A stretch of 64,000 nt of DNA from Fistulifera solaris. Lineage: Eukaryota. Under the pieces are notes generated by a model that was not told the DNA's origin, searched no databases, and saw only the letters and a list, made by a program, of their open reading frames with translations. The stretch spans positions 124,001-188,000 of the forward strand of contig AP026127.1 of NCBI GenBank assembly GCA_030295235.1. The letters are read 5' to 3'. The translations under genes and the position numbers were made by a program. Below are positions 10,801 to 23,286 of the stretch, piece by piece. Numbering within the stretch: position 1 is the stretch's first letter; every line of letters starts with the position of its first letter.

Positions 10801-12463
10801 CGAGGCAGCGACCACGCAGAAGCTTTTGAGTCCAGCATTCCCATCTGCCCTTTTTTGAAAGGACGAATGCTCCCAAAATCTATATTCCATGAAGCCCCTC
10901 TGGCAGGCGCGCAGTGTATTTCGAGGCTTTGCTGTTACCGCAGTCGTTGTACTTCCCTCGAGCGAATACAAACAACGCGAGCATTTGTTGAGCATTGTCG
11001 CAAGCACATTCCCATTTTGGCCCAATGTCTCGAAGAAAACAGTACAGATGCGGAGATCGCTACTCTTCTGACAGCCGCTAGTTGTGCAGGCGAAGATAAT
11101 TATGAACGCTGGGAATGGTTTGGCGATGCAGTCTTACAGTTGGTAATGACCGACGTTTGTTTCCGATCACCACATCTCCGACCCTGGATGCGCGGCTTTC
11201 ACGAAGGAGATCTGGATGTGATTCGGTCCGCATTGTGTTGCAACGATCGTTTGGAAGAAGCTTGCCTCATGCTGTCCATCGATCGATTCCTCTTCACCTC
11301 CGAGCTTGCTCGTGGTCAATGGACCCCGCGCGTCATGAAGTTGGTGTTCAGTGAAAGTACAAGCTCGAAAAGTAGCAGTAAAGCACCCCGAGGCAAGATT
11401 CTGGCCGATGTGATAGAGGCTATACTCGGTTTGGTGTATATGCGTTGCGGTGGCTATCCAGCCGCCCGTCCGGCCGATGAGCTGGGCTTGACGATAGAAT
11501 GGGATCCTTCCATATCGTACACTGAAGCCATGAATGGAAGCCGCTCCCCTCCTGCATCGTTGGAACAGACTATATCTCAGGGGACTGGTTATATTGCGTT
11601 TACGCGCCCGGCTTTACTGCTCGGGCGTTCACCCATCCCACTTGTTTGGACGTTCATGTCGCTGCCTCACGAACGTTTAGAATGGATCGGTGATGCTGTC
11701 TTGGCGTTGGCTGCCCGGTTGTGGATATTTGATCAGTACAGCGACAAGGAGGATGGCATGTCGGTCGGACGCATGGTGACTTTCGAAAAGCAGTTTGTTT
11801 GCAATTCGACTTTGGCATTTTTGGCCTGTCGAATGGGATGGCACCGTCACTTCACGTCATCACGATGCTACCTTACCAGGTCGTATCGAAGCGTATTGGG
11901 CCAGTGTGAGCCGAGAGAGTCGCGGCATTTGGAGCACACAGCCTCCCAAAGCGTTGGCGGATGCCGTGGAAGCCGTGTTAGGAGCCGTCTTTGTCGACGG
12001 AGGATGTGCGGCCGGAGTGCAAGCGGCGCACGAACTACTGCGTCCTTTTCTTGAAACAGTCATTGGGAACGAGGATCAGATCCGTCACCCGCAACAAGAG
12101 TTGTTGGAATTGTTGGGAGATATGGCAAAGATATCGGTAAAGTTGCGTGATGCAGATGAAGACGAGGACGATAATGGGCAAGACACATTTGGTCTGACTG
12201 CGGTTGCTACTATTTCACTATGGGGAGTCCCTGTTTTGACGTGCGTCGCCGACCATCCGCCCCGCTGCGACACATCGAGCTTGTGCTTTGCTATTGTCGA
12301 TTCTGGAAAAGGACAGTTCTTGGATGCAACAGTTGCAAGCGATTCGAAACAAACAGATTGGGTTGCCGAAGAAACAAGTGACAGAATCTTTAAAACGTCA
12401 GAAACAGTAATTGATGTACATAAAGACTTCTATAGTCCTATTGAAAGTTTCATTCCATCTTAG
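7860..12463 (+). CDS. DCR: Dicer (DExH helicase, helicase-C, DUF283/dimerisation domain, platform/PAZ-like region, RNase IIIa, RNase IIIb, possible dsRBD)
   Basis: PRSYQ, HLGTGTGKT, LVPSVALAVQQ, LDECHH, LGLTASP, VVFVQRR, VLVATSVVEEGVDLQAC, SYIQMKGRAR; SAKSLLYRF and ALIACVRLHKNGLL (DUF283); NYERWEWFGDAVL...LADVIEAILG; HERLEWIGDAVL...LADAVEAVLGAVFVDGG. Start inferred at atcATG 7860; many frameshifts; exact ends uncertain. Confidence 0.93.
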
Positions 12464-12857
12464 AATAGACTCTTGTTGGAGACCAAGCAGCTCGTCGCTT
12501 TAGTTTGGTTCACAACGATGATGTATTCCATTATCAACATCAACAGCGGTCAGAGGTCTGTAAGCTACTTATGGAACCATATAATAGATCGGACCGGTAC
12601 ACATTATTTTTACTTTGCCTTTGTCTCTCACGCCATTGCATCGAAAATCGAAAGCAAATAATAAACATACTTCTTCTGTTTCTATAGGATGTTGTTTATT
12701 CCTTCCTAATGGTATCATATTTAGATCTTCAATCATATTGAAAAGAGACAATGATTCATTTCCCGTTTGCTGTATAGGAGGCCTGATGATTGCTGTTACT
12801 TTGTAAAGATCCCCAGGCAGTCATCGTCCACTCTACCCGGCCGATAACCGTGAAATC

Positions 12858-14156
12858 ATGACATCACGGCTTTCTTTGTATGTTCTCTGTTTCATGATTT
12901 CCATCCTGTGCTATGAATTGATGGCTCGGAATCGTGTTGTTCCTTCAAATACTCCGGAATCTACCATGACGACGAAGAAAACAGAATCGTTTCAGGAAAT
13001 CTCGAAAGAAGAATTGAACAATTATAATTCCCCGCAGGATCTCAATCCAAATTTAACAAATGACGACGCCCTCGACATTGTGTATCGACAAGAGAATATG
13101 GTGAAGTTCTTGTATCATGCGCTGCGAAAAGGAAATGTGCTTTGTCGTGACATGAAACATCGTCGAAATGAATCATCTCTCGTAGCGTATCGCTTCGAAT
13201 TAAAATGCGCCGATATGTACGAACATCAACACATGGGAACCGGGAATATTCTACAAACATTGTATGGCGTCCGACTCGCGGCACGAGCCATGGGGAACAT
13301 TCACGTCCAAATGTGTTGCCTTGATGCCCGAGAGCAGCAATCCGCCTTGGTGTTGCCATGGATCATGGGAAACTTTCCGCCGACGAGACATACAGATACC
13401 GGAGGTGCCGGATGCTGTTTGTAAGTCACTAATGTATGCGCCTATTCATTGGCTGATAGAAGAAGAGATTCAATACGAGCTACGACGCATGGCCATTGCT
13501 TTGGTTGGTATTCCCTATCCAACACATCCTGCATCTGATTTTTGTGTTGTCGGCCGATCGAGAAACAGCATTGCAAGTGCCCATGCCGACCGTACCATTG
13601 CTCTCCAATGTGGAAGTAGACGATGTTGCAATTCATTTCCGTTGTGGTGATATTATCGAAAAACGACCTCATCCCGATTACGGATATGCGCGCTTTTCTT
13701 TCTTGCTCCGATACATATCGGCGGAAGCGCGATCGATTGGGATTGTGACACAACCCTTTCAAGGACAGAATCGAGGTATCGACGGTACTACACATACGCG
13801 ATGTTCGATTTTGGTCGGGCCTTGCAGCAGTATTTGCAAGGGCACTTCCCTCGGGCAACCGTCCATATTCGAAACTTCGCCGAATGAGACCATTGCTTTG
13901 TCGTTTGCCCGATTCATTCTGGGCGAATCAAAGTGTGGCGGGTGATTCCACATTTGTGACATTGCCCTTTTGGCTTCCTTTGGCAGTTCGTGATTTGGCC
14001 AGGCCCCAATTTATGATGGACGATGCGTTGAAACAGTATGGTAGTGCGCAGTTTATCGAATCTGACGACAAAATGACGTCCGTGCGATTGTTCAAGCTGT
14101 GGAATGAAATTGATGGTCAACAGCAAATATTAGATTGGTTTATGGGCATTGAGTGA
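12858..14156 (+). CDS. Type II membrane protein, putative fucosyltransferase-like (GT11-type motifs)
   Basis: N-terminal TM anchor, then GTGNIL, VAIHFRCGD (HxRxGD) and DSTF motifs across frameshifted ORFs 12858-13424, 13264-13650, 13496-13945, 13884-14156. Confidence 0.55.
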
Positions 14157-15810
14157 TCTTTCAATACGGCTGAGTCATATCTTTTGGAGAATTATTTGGG
14201 GAGTGACTCAAGACACATTGACCTGTCAAAGAAAAAGTTTGTTTCTCGTATTTTTAATTCATTTGGGTTACAAATTTGAGAGATCATGACAATTGAGCAA
14301 CTGTAATCCTAACGATCTTGCGGGTTCTTTGGTGAGTGTTAATATAATATCTCCTTGTTGACCACGAAGGATGATCGTTCAAATAAGGTACGCGGCGCCT
14401 TCATGCTTGCATCAGTCTCCAATTGCAAATTGCATGGCCAAGATAGGAATAGACCCAAGACTAAAACGGGAACTACCAGTACGACTCTCACGTGCAGTAT
14501 CGACTTAATGAGAAACGGTTCTTTTGCTAAATTGTAGCCTTCACCGCAGTGGTTATTCGTACGAGCATCAATAGGGAATGGCTTTAGCTGCAAAAATGTT
14601 TTGGAGGTGGACAGTTGTGAGAAGATGCCGTCGTGCTGTCTGCCGTCAACGAAGCAGCGATCGACAGAAAACCATCCATCGCCTTTCTAGACGCTGCCGC
14701 CCCCCGAGGCTCATTTGTGTGGATGTCTACCATCGCTTTGATTGGTCCTTATTCACCAGATGCAGAGTTACGGATCCGATTATTTGGCTAACGCAATCAC
14801 AAACATTTAATAGGGAGTATATTTTTAAAACAAACTTTTAACTTATCGAATTATGGATGATGATATATAGCACAGCAAAGGCGACAGCAAGTGACATCAA
14901 AGATCATGCATTCAAAAGAACTTGTTGCACAACCCAAACGGCGACAATTGGATGTGAATACGAATAGCGGAAGAGTTGTACCAAGTACGTGAATTCAGAT
15001 CGACGTACTCAGCGGGTGGCGAAACGAGGACCAAACGTGGGTGAGCTAAGAGAGTTCCCAGCAACAGAAGAGGAACGAGGCCGAAACGAAGCTGGGACTG
15101 CATGTTCTTCCTCCAGCACATTCTCTACGCAATACAAACTGCGCTCGAAATGGCAGCACCTTACCAGTACTCTCGTAGCGAAATCGTCTCTCTCGCAATT
15201 CAGCCTCGAGTCAGTGCTTCAAATGATCGAAGCGACGAAACTGTGTCAGTCAATTGTAAGCTCAGCATCAGACTGACCTAGTTAATCGACTCTTATCTCT
15301 CTCTAGAGAGGGGAGCCCGCGCATGTCATCGTTCCCAACATGAGGCAGAGATGATTTTCAAGAAAATGAAAGAATAAGCCGTGCACCTCAAAACCTCAGA
15401 AGACGCCGTGTGACATCGTATCCTACTCTGTAGAACGAGTATCCGATACCGGATAACTGACGTGGGTTTGCGTTTGCGTCGTTTTGCACAATTTTCGGTT
15501 CCGTATTCCGTTCCACGACCAAAGACACTGGAAGAAACTGTACTGCAGCAAATAGTCGTTCCCTTGGATTTCCTAAGTAAGTTTGGCTCGGTATTGTTAC
15601 TTAGTGGCGAGGTCCATCAAATTTTCATTTTCTAGCCAGTGACTTAAGCGAAATAACTCATCAAAAGTATTTTAGCTACAAGTAGCGTTACCAGGTACAC
15701 TCGTTGTGACTCTGCCACGCTGGCAAGCCCGCCTTGTTCAACGTCATTGTATCTTTGGCTTGCGGCGGACCTCGCACCTCGCGTGTCCGCAATCTCTCGG
15801 AAGCATCGAG

Positions 15811-16298
15811 CATGAGTAAATGGTAAACCCTGGGGTGAAGACAAGTCTGTCCTCGCCCGTCTCTAGTGGCACCTGTTTTTCAACGTTTGACCGTCGTCAG
15901 AGTCTTTCGCGCTGCTCAAAAAAATATTGCAGCGAAACTTCACGGTGTAACATCACGGCATAATGCTGATCTTAGTTTGGTTACCTTAATTTCAAAGTAT
16001 GGTCCTGCCATTAGCCGACGACGCAAATCGTTCCAAAATAAATAATTAAGTCATTTTGCTGCGACGGCTAATGGCAGGACCATACTTTGAAAATGGTGTT
16101 GGCATGCAAAGTTCGATCATTTCGTCGTGATAATTACACGGTGAAAATTTTTCACGGCTCGATTTTCGACGAATGTCGCACCTGACAAAATTCAAAATGG
16201 GGGACACCAATGCTGACATGCGCACAAGCACGGTGTATCACGTAAAAAACGGTTGAGAACAGACACATCTTCACCCCAGGGTTTACCATTTACTCATG
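15811..16298. mobile_element. Foldback MITE (~490 bp), possibly hAT-related
   Basis: Perfect 31-bp TIR catgagtaaatggtaaaccctggggtgaaga / tcttcaccccagggtttaccatttactcatg; flanking direct repeat catcgag (15804-15810, 16299-16305; gcatcgag if 8 bp); a second internal inverted pair at ~15991-16017 / ~16064-16090. Confidence 0.85.
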
Positions 16299-16445
16299 CA
16301 TCGAGAACGAAACATTCGCAAAAGTCCAAAGCCATCGAGCCGCAAAGCACGCGACGTGCAGGAGGATGTTGAGAACCTTTCTCAACAAACCAGCTTTTTG
16401 ACAATCGATGTTACAATTGACAATAGTGCACATAAAACAAACAGC

Positions 16446-16951
16446 ATGAATGCAACAAACGATCTGTGTTGGCTACGACGGAAAACGTCGACCGATTTCA
16501 AACGACAACGCACGCATACGGAAGAGACCGTCTCGGAGCAACAAGAAGAAGATGAATTATTATACCAAGAAGTCGCGCTGACCCTTAGCAGCACTTCACT
16601 ACACACTAATACCGTAACAGGCAACAACAAGAAGTCCGTCTCGTTTTGTTCTACCGTCTCGGTCTATCATCATCCATTAATCTCGGTGACCATCCCGCTG
16701 TGCGGAATGGCGTTCCCTTAATGCTCGACTGGACGGCAATTTATATCGAAGAGCGATCCCTGCGCGAAAAGAAGTCTTCCAAACAGAAGTTGGTACCCGC
16801 CTTGTCTATGTATGTCCGAGAAGTCTTGGCTCAACAAGGGGGTGCCACGAAAGACGATTTGCGGGCGGCGCGTGAACAAGTTCGTGCCATTCAACAATCC
16901 AGGCAACAATCGATGGCTTACCGGAAATGGTGGCCGTTTGGACCGAGATGA
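16446..16951 (+). CDS. Small protein of the '[KR]xVxF...LGD[HN]PxVxxGxPxxLDW' family
   Basis: KKSVSFCSTVSVYHH, then a frameshift to LGDHPAVRNGVPLMLDW; paralogues at 60119-60538 and 61764-62183. Confidence 0.7.
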
Positions 16952-18280
16952 CACGGCTGTGAATAATATTATGCTTGTGAGAGATTACGAATGGACGTTT
17001 TGGAAACAAGGAGCCAAAGTAAGACAATCGTTCATTATTGGAGCTACGCTATGATGACTATACAACAGGTTAATATTGTTAGTTTAGGTTATACATCGAA
17101 TCTTTTTTTTGCTTTTGTCGTTTTTACCAAGCACTGTTCTTGTACAAACACACAAGAAGATAGGAACAGTTGAAATTTATGTGAAAGTCTAGTAACCAGC
17201 ACACAAGTGAGAAATAACGGATAGGAAAAAGTATAACCGGCTTACTGGAATTATGTCTCAACAAACAAATTACGCTGTTAATTCGGATTGGCTGTTACGT
17301 TACGAAGAAGCTATGAGCTTTTGATCCTGATCAAGGCGGAGAATTGCCTTAAAAGAGTCAGGTTTGTTGTTTCAGCACATGTCGTAACGAACTGTAACAA
17401 GCTTCTGATTGAATAAGTCGTCACTCTAGCAATGGATTCCTGCTGGTTCAATTGTGGCCTAACTACGACTACTGTACGTTAGCCCTTTTTGCTCAAAGTG
17501 ATCTTGCCGTTCTTCGCGGTCTCTGGCGACGACAGACTGAAGCAAACCGTAGGCTTTTGCTTACATTCTACGACCTCTTTTTCATGCAGGTGGTGATGAT
17601 AGAGGTTAGTAGAGCTTTACACCTAATAAAGAGAGTTAGAGAGAGAAGGGGGAAGAAAGAGCATAGAACTCAATTTTAACAGCACCCTAGCTAGATCATG
17701 AGAAGAGAGAGGAGAGACGCTTGAGAATCCCAGATCCCACTTCACTGTGTAGAGTAAAGTACCATCGGAACAGGATCCAGACCTAAAGCCCGTAGTCCAA
17801 CGCTTCTCTGGCATAGAAATTGGCCAAACGTAGACGTTATAATTACTGATCCCCGCACAGTTCTCCATCTTATGGATGAATAGTCCCTTTCCCTTTCGGA
17901 GTTTTATTGTCGACTTGTCGATGTCACTGGCAATTTTTTTACTTTTTGGACCACACACAAAAGATTTGCGTGGCTGCAGCAAACACCGCAGGCAGAATTC
18001 TAAGAATAGATTTCGGTCATTCGCTATTGACTATAACATCACGTGTACGGAGGTTTAAGCGGGTGAATAAAGATGAACAGTTTCGTCGTAGTGTCTTCTA
18101 CTGAGTTAGTCGTAGATCAAAAAGTTCACTCCGCGGACAATATCATAGTACTCTTTTGCTCAAAGCCGAAAACGAGACAATGACTGCGTTGTGTAGCTCA
18201 CTGGGAGGCTTTTTACCCATCGACACCTCTTCACCTCATAAAATTTTATTTATTTTACCCATTCACCACCAAACACCAAC

Positions 18281-20719
18281 ATGAAATTGTCGTTTGGCGT
18301 GTTCCTTTATCCGCTCTGGCACCTTCGGCCATCCATGCTTTGAAGGAATGCGATGAAGATAGCACGATCCCCCTGTGCATTGCCGAAAACGGCTCTTGTC
18401 TCGATAACAAGGACGGATGTTGTGATGGCTTAGCGTGCTTCGGATACAACTTCTTCAAAAAGTGCCAGCCGCCTCCTTCCTGTCTCCCTGAATGGTATGA
18501 TTGCAGTTCTGGAATGGGATGCTGTGATGATCTTGTCTGTGCCGAAACGGCCACTGGAAACGCTGAATGCCAAGTCCAAACCGTCGATACTCGCCTCTTT
18601 GATCCGGGTAATTCCGTTACGGAACCCACCTTGCCTCCTACCAAAGCCGATGAACCCGATAACATGATCACTTTGGGCAAATCGAACCTCGAATTCGCTG
18701 GAAGTTGGGGTGACCCGTAAGTGCCGAAAAAAATTGTCATTGCTATTCATCTCTTGCTTCATTCCCTCACAATATTGAATACACAGACACGTCCAAACTT
18801 ATGATGGTCTCGGTTTCGATTGCCAAGCCGGTGGTGAATTCATTTTGATGAAATCCGCTGTCACTCGCCGTCAAATTCAAGCCCGATTCCGCTTCTTGCC
18901 CGGTGTTTCCGGACCCGGTTGGGCCTGGTCCAGTATCAAGGGTATTGTCATGCAAGACGAAGGCCCTGTTCCCAAAGTTGAGATCAGTTTCCCCTTCAAG
19001 GATACCACCTTTACTGGAAACAGCAACACAGTCGATTACGGATGCAAAATGCTCTTCTTCGTTGACGGTGTCAAGCGTGAAGTCGCGGACGGAACTGGTT
19101 CCGATGATGTTGTTCTCGAATTCTCCGGAAGCCGCATCAACATTGTGTACCCCGCCACCGGTTTCAAGGTTGAGGCGAACGTGCATTATGCCGACAATGG
19201 ATGCTTCTTTGACATGTACGGATGGGTTCCCGATGTCGATACTTTCCGCGGATTGTGGGGTGACGCCGATGGCAACCCCATGAATGACTGGATGGATCGT
19301 GACGGCAAGCCCCTACCGGTTCCTGCCGATATCAACGCGCGCCTGCGTCAAGATGGTTACGAATACTGTGTCAAAAACTGGTGCATCAACGAACACGAAT
19401 CGCTCTTCACGTTCACCGAGGGAGTTGATTACCAAGACGACATTCGCCACTGCGAGCTCCCCTTCGGCAACACGCTCGATCAGTTCCTCAAGGATGTCAG
19501 CCCGGAGATCAAGAAAGCCTGTAACGATGAAATCACCTGCATCATCGACACCGCCCTCATCGGCATTCAACAAGCGACTGCCTCCAACGATGGCCGTGCG
19601 GCGGCTGCTACCACCGCCACATGCAACAACGAGTTCGGTATGTGCACTACCGACGCCAACTGCTGTGCTGGCTTCCAGTGCTACTCGGTTGGCTTCACGC
19701 ACCAATGTCTGGCCCAAAAGCCAGCTTGCTTTGACGAATGGAACCTCTGTCAAAGCGAGGCCGACTGCTGCAACGGCATGTCCTGTATCTCAGAAAGTGA
19801 CGGCCCAAAGCAATGCCGCGTCGTCGAAAAGTGCTACCCTGAATTCCGAACGTGCGAAATGTCGGACGATTGCTGCGACAGTTTGGAATGCAAGGACATG
19901 GGTGGCGGTAACAAACAGTGTCGCGCCATCCCTAAATGCGTCCCCGAACACGAAACTTGCGCTTTGGGTGAATGCTGTGAAGGTACCAAGTGCTTCCAAA
20001 ATCAGTACACCGGTATGAGCACCTGCAAGAGCACGGCGGTCTGCCAGAACCAAGGACAGCAGTGCAGTGAAGACTTTGCCTGCTGCGGTGGATTGACGTG
20101 TGTTGACGACAACGGCATCAAGACGTGCATGGACTTGCCGACGTGTGCGGCGACATGGCAAAGCTGTAAATTTGTCGGTTGCTGCCAAGACCAAGTTCCT
20201 CAAGCGTGTGTGGTCACCAACGGCAACAGCCAGTGCCAACCGACGTGTGCGGCCAACGGTGGACAGTGCAGTGCCGATCGCAAGTGCTGCAACGGCGGTT
20301 ACACGTGCCAAAATGGTACGTGCCAACCCGAAGCGACGTGCGGATTGGCCTACCAGAGCTGTGCTTCCAGCAATAAGTGCTGCGACAATACCTTCTCGTG
20401 CGAAGCCGATGGCGTCTGCCGTCCCTCGTTTGGCAACAACTACGGCATGTGCGGTATGCTCGGCTGTTCCGATCCTAAATTTGCCTGCGAGGCGGCCACG
20501 AAGACGTGCAAACCGGCCTGTGGTGGCGACTATCAACAATGTGGAGCGAAAGACAACTGTTGTGCCAACAGTGGTTTTGAATGCCGCAACGGCCAGTGCC
20601 AACCGAAGCAACTAGCGTGCGGTGGTAACTGGCAGCCCTGCACGGTCGCCAATGGCTGCTGCAATGCCGGTTACAAATGCAAACAGAACGGTGCCGCGAT
20701 GCAGTGTGTGACATGGTAA
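18281..20719 (+). CDS. Secreted protein with a GDPH/VWD-type domain and ~13 six-cysteine (C-x6-C-x4/6-CC-C-C) knottin-like repeats
   Basis: Signal peptide from ATG 18281 (one frameshift); intron 18717-18786 joins WGDP|HVQTYDGLGFDCQAGGEF; GLWGDADGNPMND; 2 N-terminal and ~11 C-terminal CC-containing repeats. Confidence 0.85.
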
Positions 20720-23286
20720 AACAAAGAGTGAACAGGGGTGTTCATTTGTTGCGACAGAAAGACAAACGCTTGCCAATCAATTCATAGTCTTATTTCATGG
20801 GAGTATTTTCAAAATCGTTATTAATAAAGAGTAATAATAAGAAACACAATCATTCAACAACTTTGTTCTTGATGCGTCTTTTTGTTTTTATTTTGGGTCG
20901 AAAAGATGAACTAATGTCTAATGTCATCGCGATTATGACGTGTCATTCGTTATTCGTCCTTCAGTCATAAGTCATAAGGCATCAACATAATGATGTGTTT
21001 CGTTCAAAGCCCATCGCAATAAAGCATCCAAGCCAAGACTCTAGAGAAAATTGTTCAAGCTACGATGTTAAATGGAAGGTTGTTATGCTCATGATATTGC
21101 TGCTTATGAAAGGAAGTAACTCTTTTCAAAATGGAATACGCGAGCGAAGACGGAGCAACAATATCTTCCGTTCATTGCTTTCTGAACAGTATGCTCAAGC
21201 GGCTTGGGCGAGGAAAGTGAATGGCCGGGGACAGGAGAATTTGAAATATTTATTTCATTGCAGTAATGAATCACCAAATTTCTTCTTTGCGCCTTGCATT
21301 GCAAAGACGAGCGTCCCACGACTTCATCGTGGATCGATAGGTTCTAAGAAACACAACGTCCTCTCACGTTTGAACAATTCATTGGTAGACGCGAAAAAGT
21401 AACGACTGCGGGGTTCAGTTCTAGGCTTACTCTTGGGGGATACATCGTAGCTTGCACCACGCAGCACACAGCAAGGTTGGCTTTCTCCTCTCTCTAACTT
21501 CCGACTAAAAACGCCCAAGAAAGAGTCTCGGTGAAACAGTCTTGGGACTTGAGATGAAGTTGTAAATCGGCAAGAGGCAAACGCATGAACAAGAGACGAA
21601 CGACCAAGACGTAACGAGAAGCCCGACTCCAGACGTCGTTGTAAATTGTGATAAGCCTGCTTGGGACGTCACCTAATGTTCGGTGTTCTGGGTTCTGGGC
21701 TTCGGCCATGAGGTAGGGTACTTCAGGAATTTGGTTGGCTCGTACAAATTCTACATACGCAAAATCGAGTACCGCGTACGTACACCACGTACAAATTATA
21801 CGGGCCACGAAATCGAATCACTAAGGAGCACGTGCAAATTTAGAAGCGCAACTATGATTACATAAAGATTAGATATCATTTCGATTTAACAGAAAATTAG
21901 TCTAGTAACTTGTTTGGAGCCTCCCAAGGATCTCAAAATACCTAAGGCCAAGTATTTACGCTACTCACTTGTAGTACGTAGAATCTAGGCAAGCTCAATG
22001 CCGAATTTGCCACTCGAAACCGCTTTGAAAGAGTTCCCCCGGCGTAAATTGGTTGCTTGTTTCGCTTACAAGGCATGTAGGTAATCCCTTTGTCAAAATA
22101 TTTGCAAATTGTTTCTACTGCTGCCCTTGGATCCCGCTCATTAAAATACACCGCTACATCCAAGAATGACCGAGTTCAAAAAGCATGTTACTGAGCACCC
22201 TGTAATCTTGTCACGCCAATTCACTTTGTGTAGGTTACTGATTGCATGAGTTGCACGGTTGAAAGAAGCCCTGTGTCTGCACTGTAGATTGCATGAACTT
22301 TCACGACATGGCTGGAAAGGTAACAGGTAACAGACACTGCACCCTATCTTATCACTCCGGGACGAGGTGAACTCTCAGGCATCATTCAGAATCACCACTG
22401 TCGCATCCTTAGCCAAAGCTGAGGTATACGAAACGGATCGTCAACAAGGAACTTCGTTAACACTCGCGACACTCGACAGATCGTTGTTGAAAAGCACGGT
22501 AAAGACGCCATTTCCATCAGCACGATCGACACAATGGCCATCATACCGGCAGTGGATTGTCAAGAATATCCTTTGAATTCACGTATTATAACACTGATGC
22601 TAATATTCCCATGCCCTCTCCAGCTCCATCATTGATCATCGATGGTTCGGCTTTGACGGCCGCCATTTCTTATTTCGATCGACATGTTCCTCGGAATAGA
22701 ATTGACCGCTAGCACCGCCTCTCTACATTCAGAATTGATGAAAAAAGCTGGGTTTATTGCTAAGAAAGAGAGTTTGCCATCTTTGTATATTGTAAGATGA
22801 AGATCTGAAGCATCATGCTGAAAGCATTGTGAAACTTCGAGCCAGAACTCGTCAACGGCAAGAAAAAATGACGACGGTACATATTCTACACAAACCTACT
22901 TGCAGAGATATGTACTGAGTTTCTACGAGCCAACCAAGTTTCGTGAAGTACCCTACTCACTCATTGGCATTTGGCACTTGGCATTTGGCATAGGGCAGTT
23001 GTTATTCCTTGCTTCTTCCGAAGTTGAATCCTGTGTAAACAGTAGAGAAGCGAGTTTTTGTCGTTGACTGTTTTTGACGACTTAAGTACAATCTGTGCCT
23101 TTGTTTCTTGTTTCGCCTTTCCTAATGACCCAAAACCCAAACCATCAAAATTAATTATGACCGACAAGAAAATAATCGCTCGTCAACGAAACAGTCACAC
23201 AAAATCCGTTCTCCCCCCATCCTCATCCTCCGCATACCTTGATTGCTCTCTGTCTCTCCCAATACTCCACGAAAAAATAATTCAAA

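Noticed and set aside
3922..12463. Argonaute and Dicer as pseudogenes or programmed-frameshift genes
   Set aside because: Similar single-base frameshifts interrupt most long genes in the window (CHMP1, both SLC34 copies, Gag-Pol) while catalytic motifs and splice sites are intact. Uncorrected long-read indels are the simplest explanation; polishing is needed to be sure.
14339..15121. Possible second glycosyltransferase-like gene on the minus strand (TM segment then FGLCN)
   Set aside because: Only a short fragment; no continuous frame or further motifs.
16296..16445. ORF start at 16296 for the downstream gene
   Set aside because: That ATG is supplied by the MITE terminal repeat; the ATG at 16446 in an aacagcATG context is the more plausible native start.
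18281..20719. Frustulin
   Set aside because: Cys-rich and secreted, but lacks the CE/QGDCD acidic-cysteine-rich repeat; the repeats are CC-knottin-like and there is a VWD/GDPH domain.
20995..22576. Short ORFs that might be a decayed gene or transposon
   Set aside because: No recognisable motif, termini or TSD.
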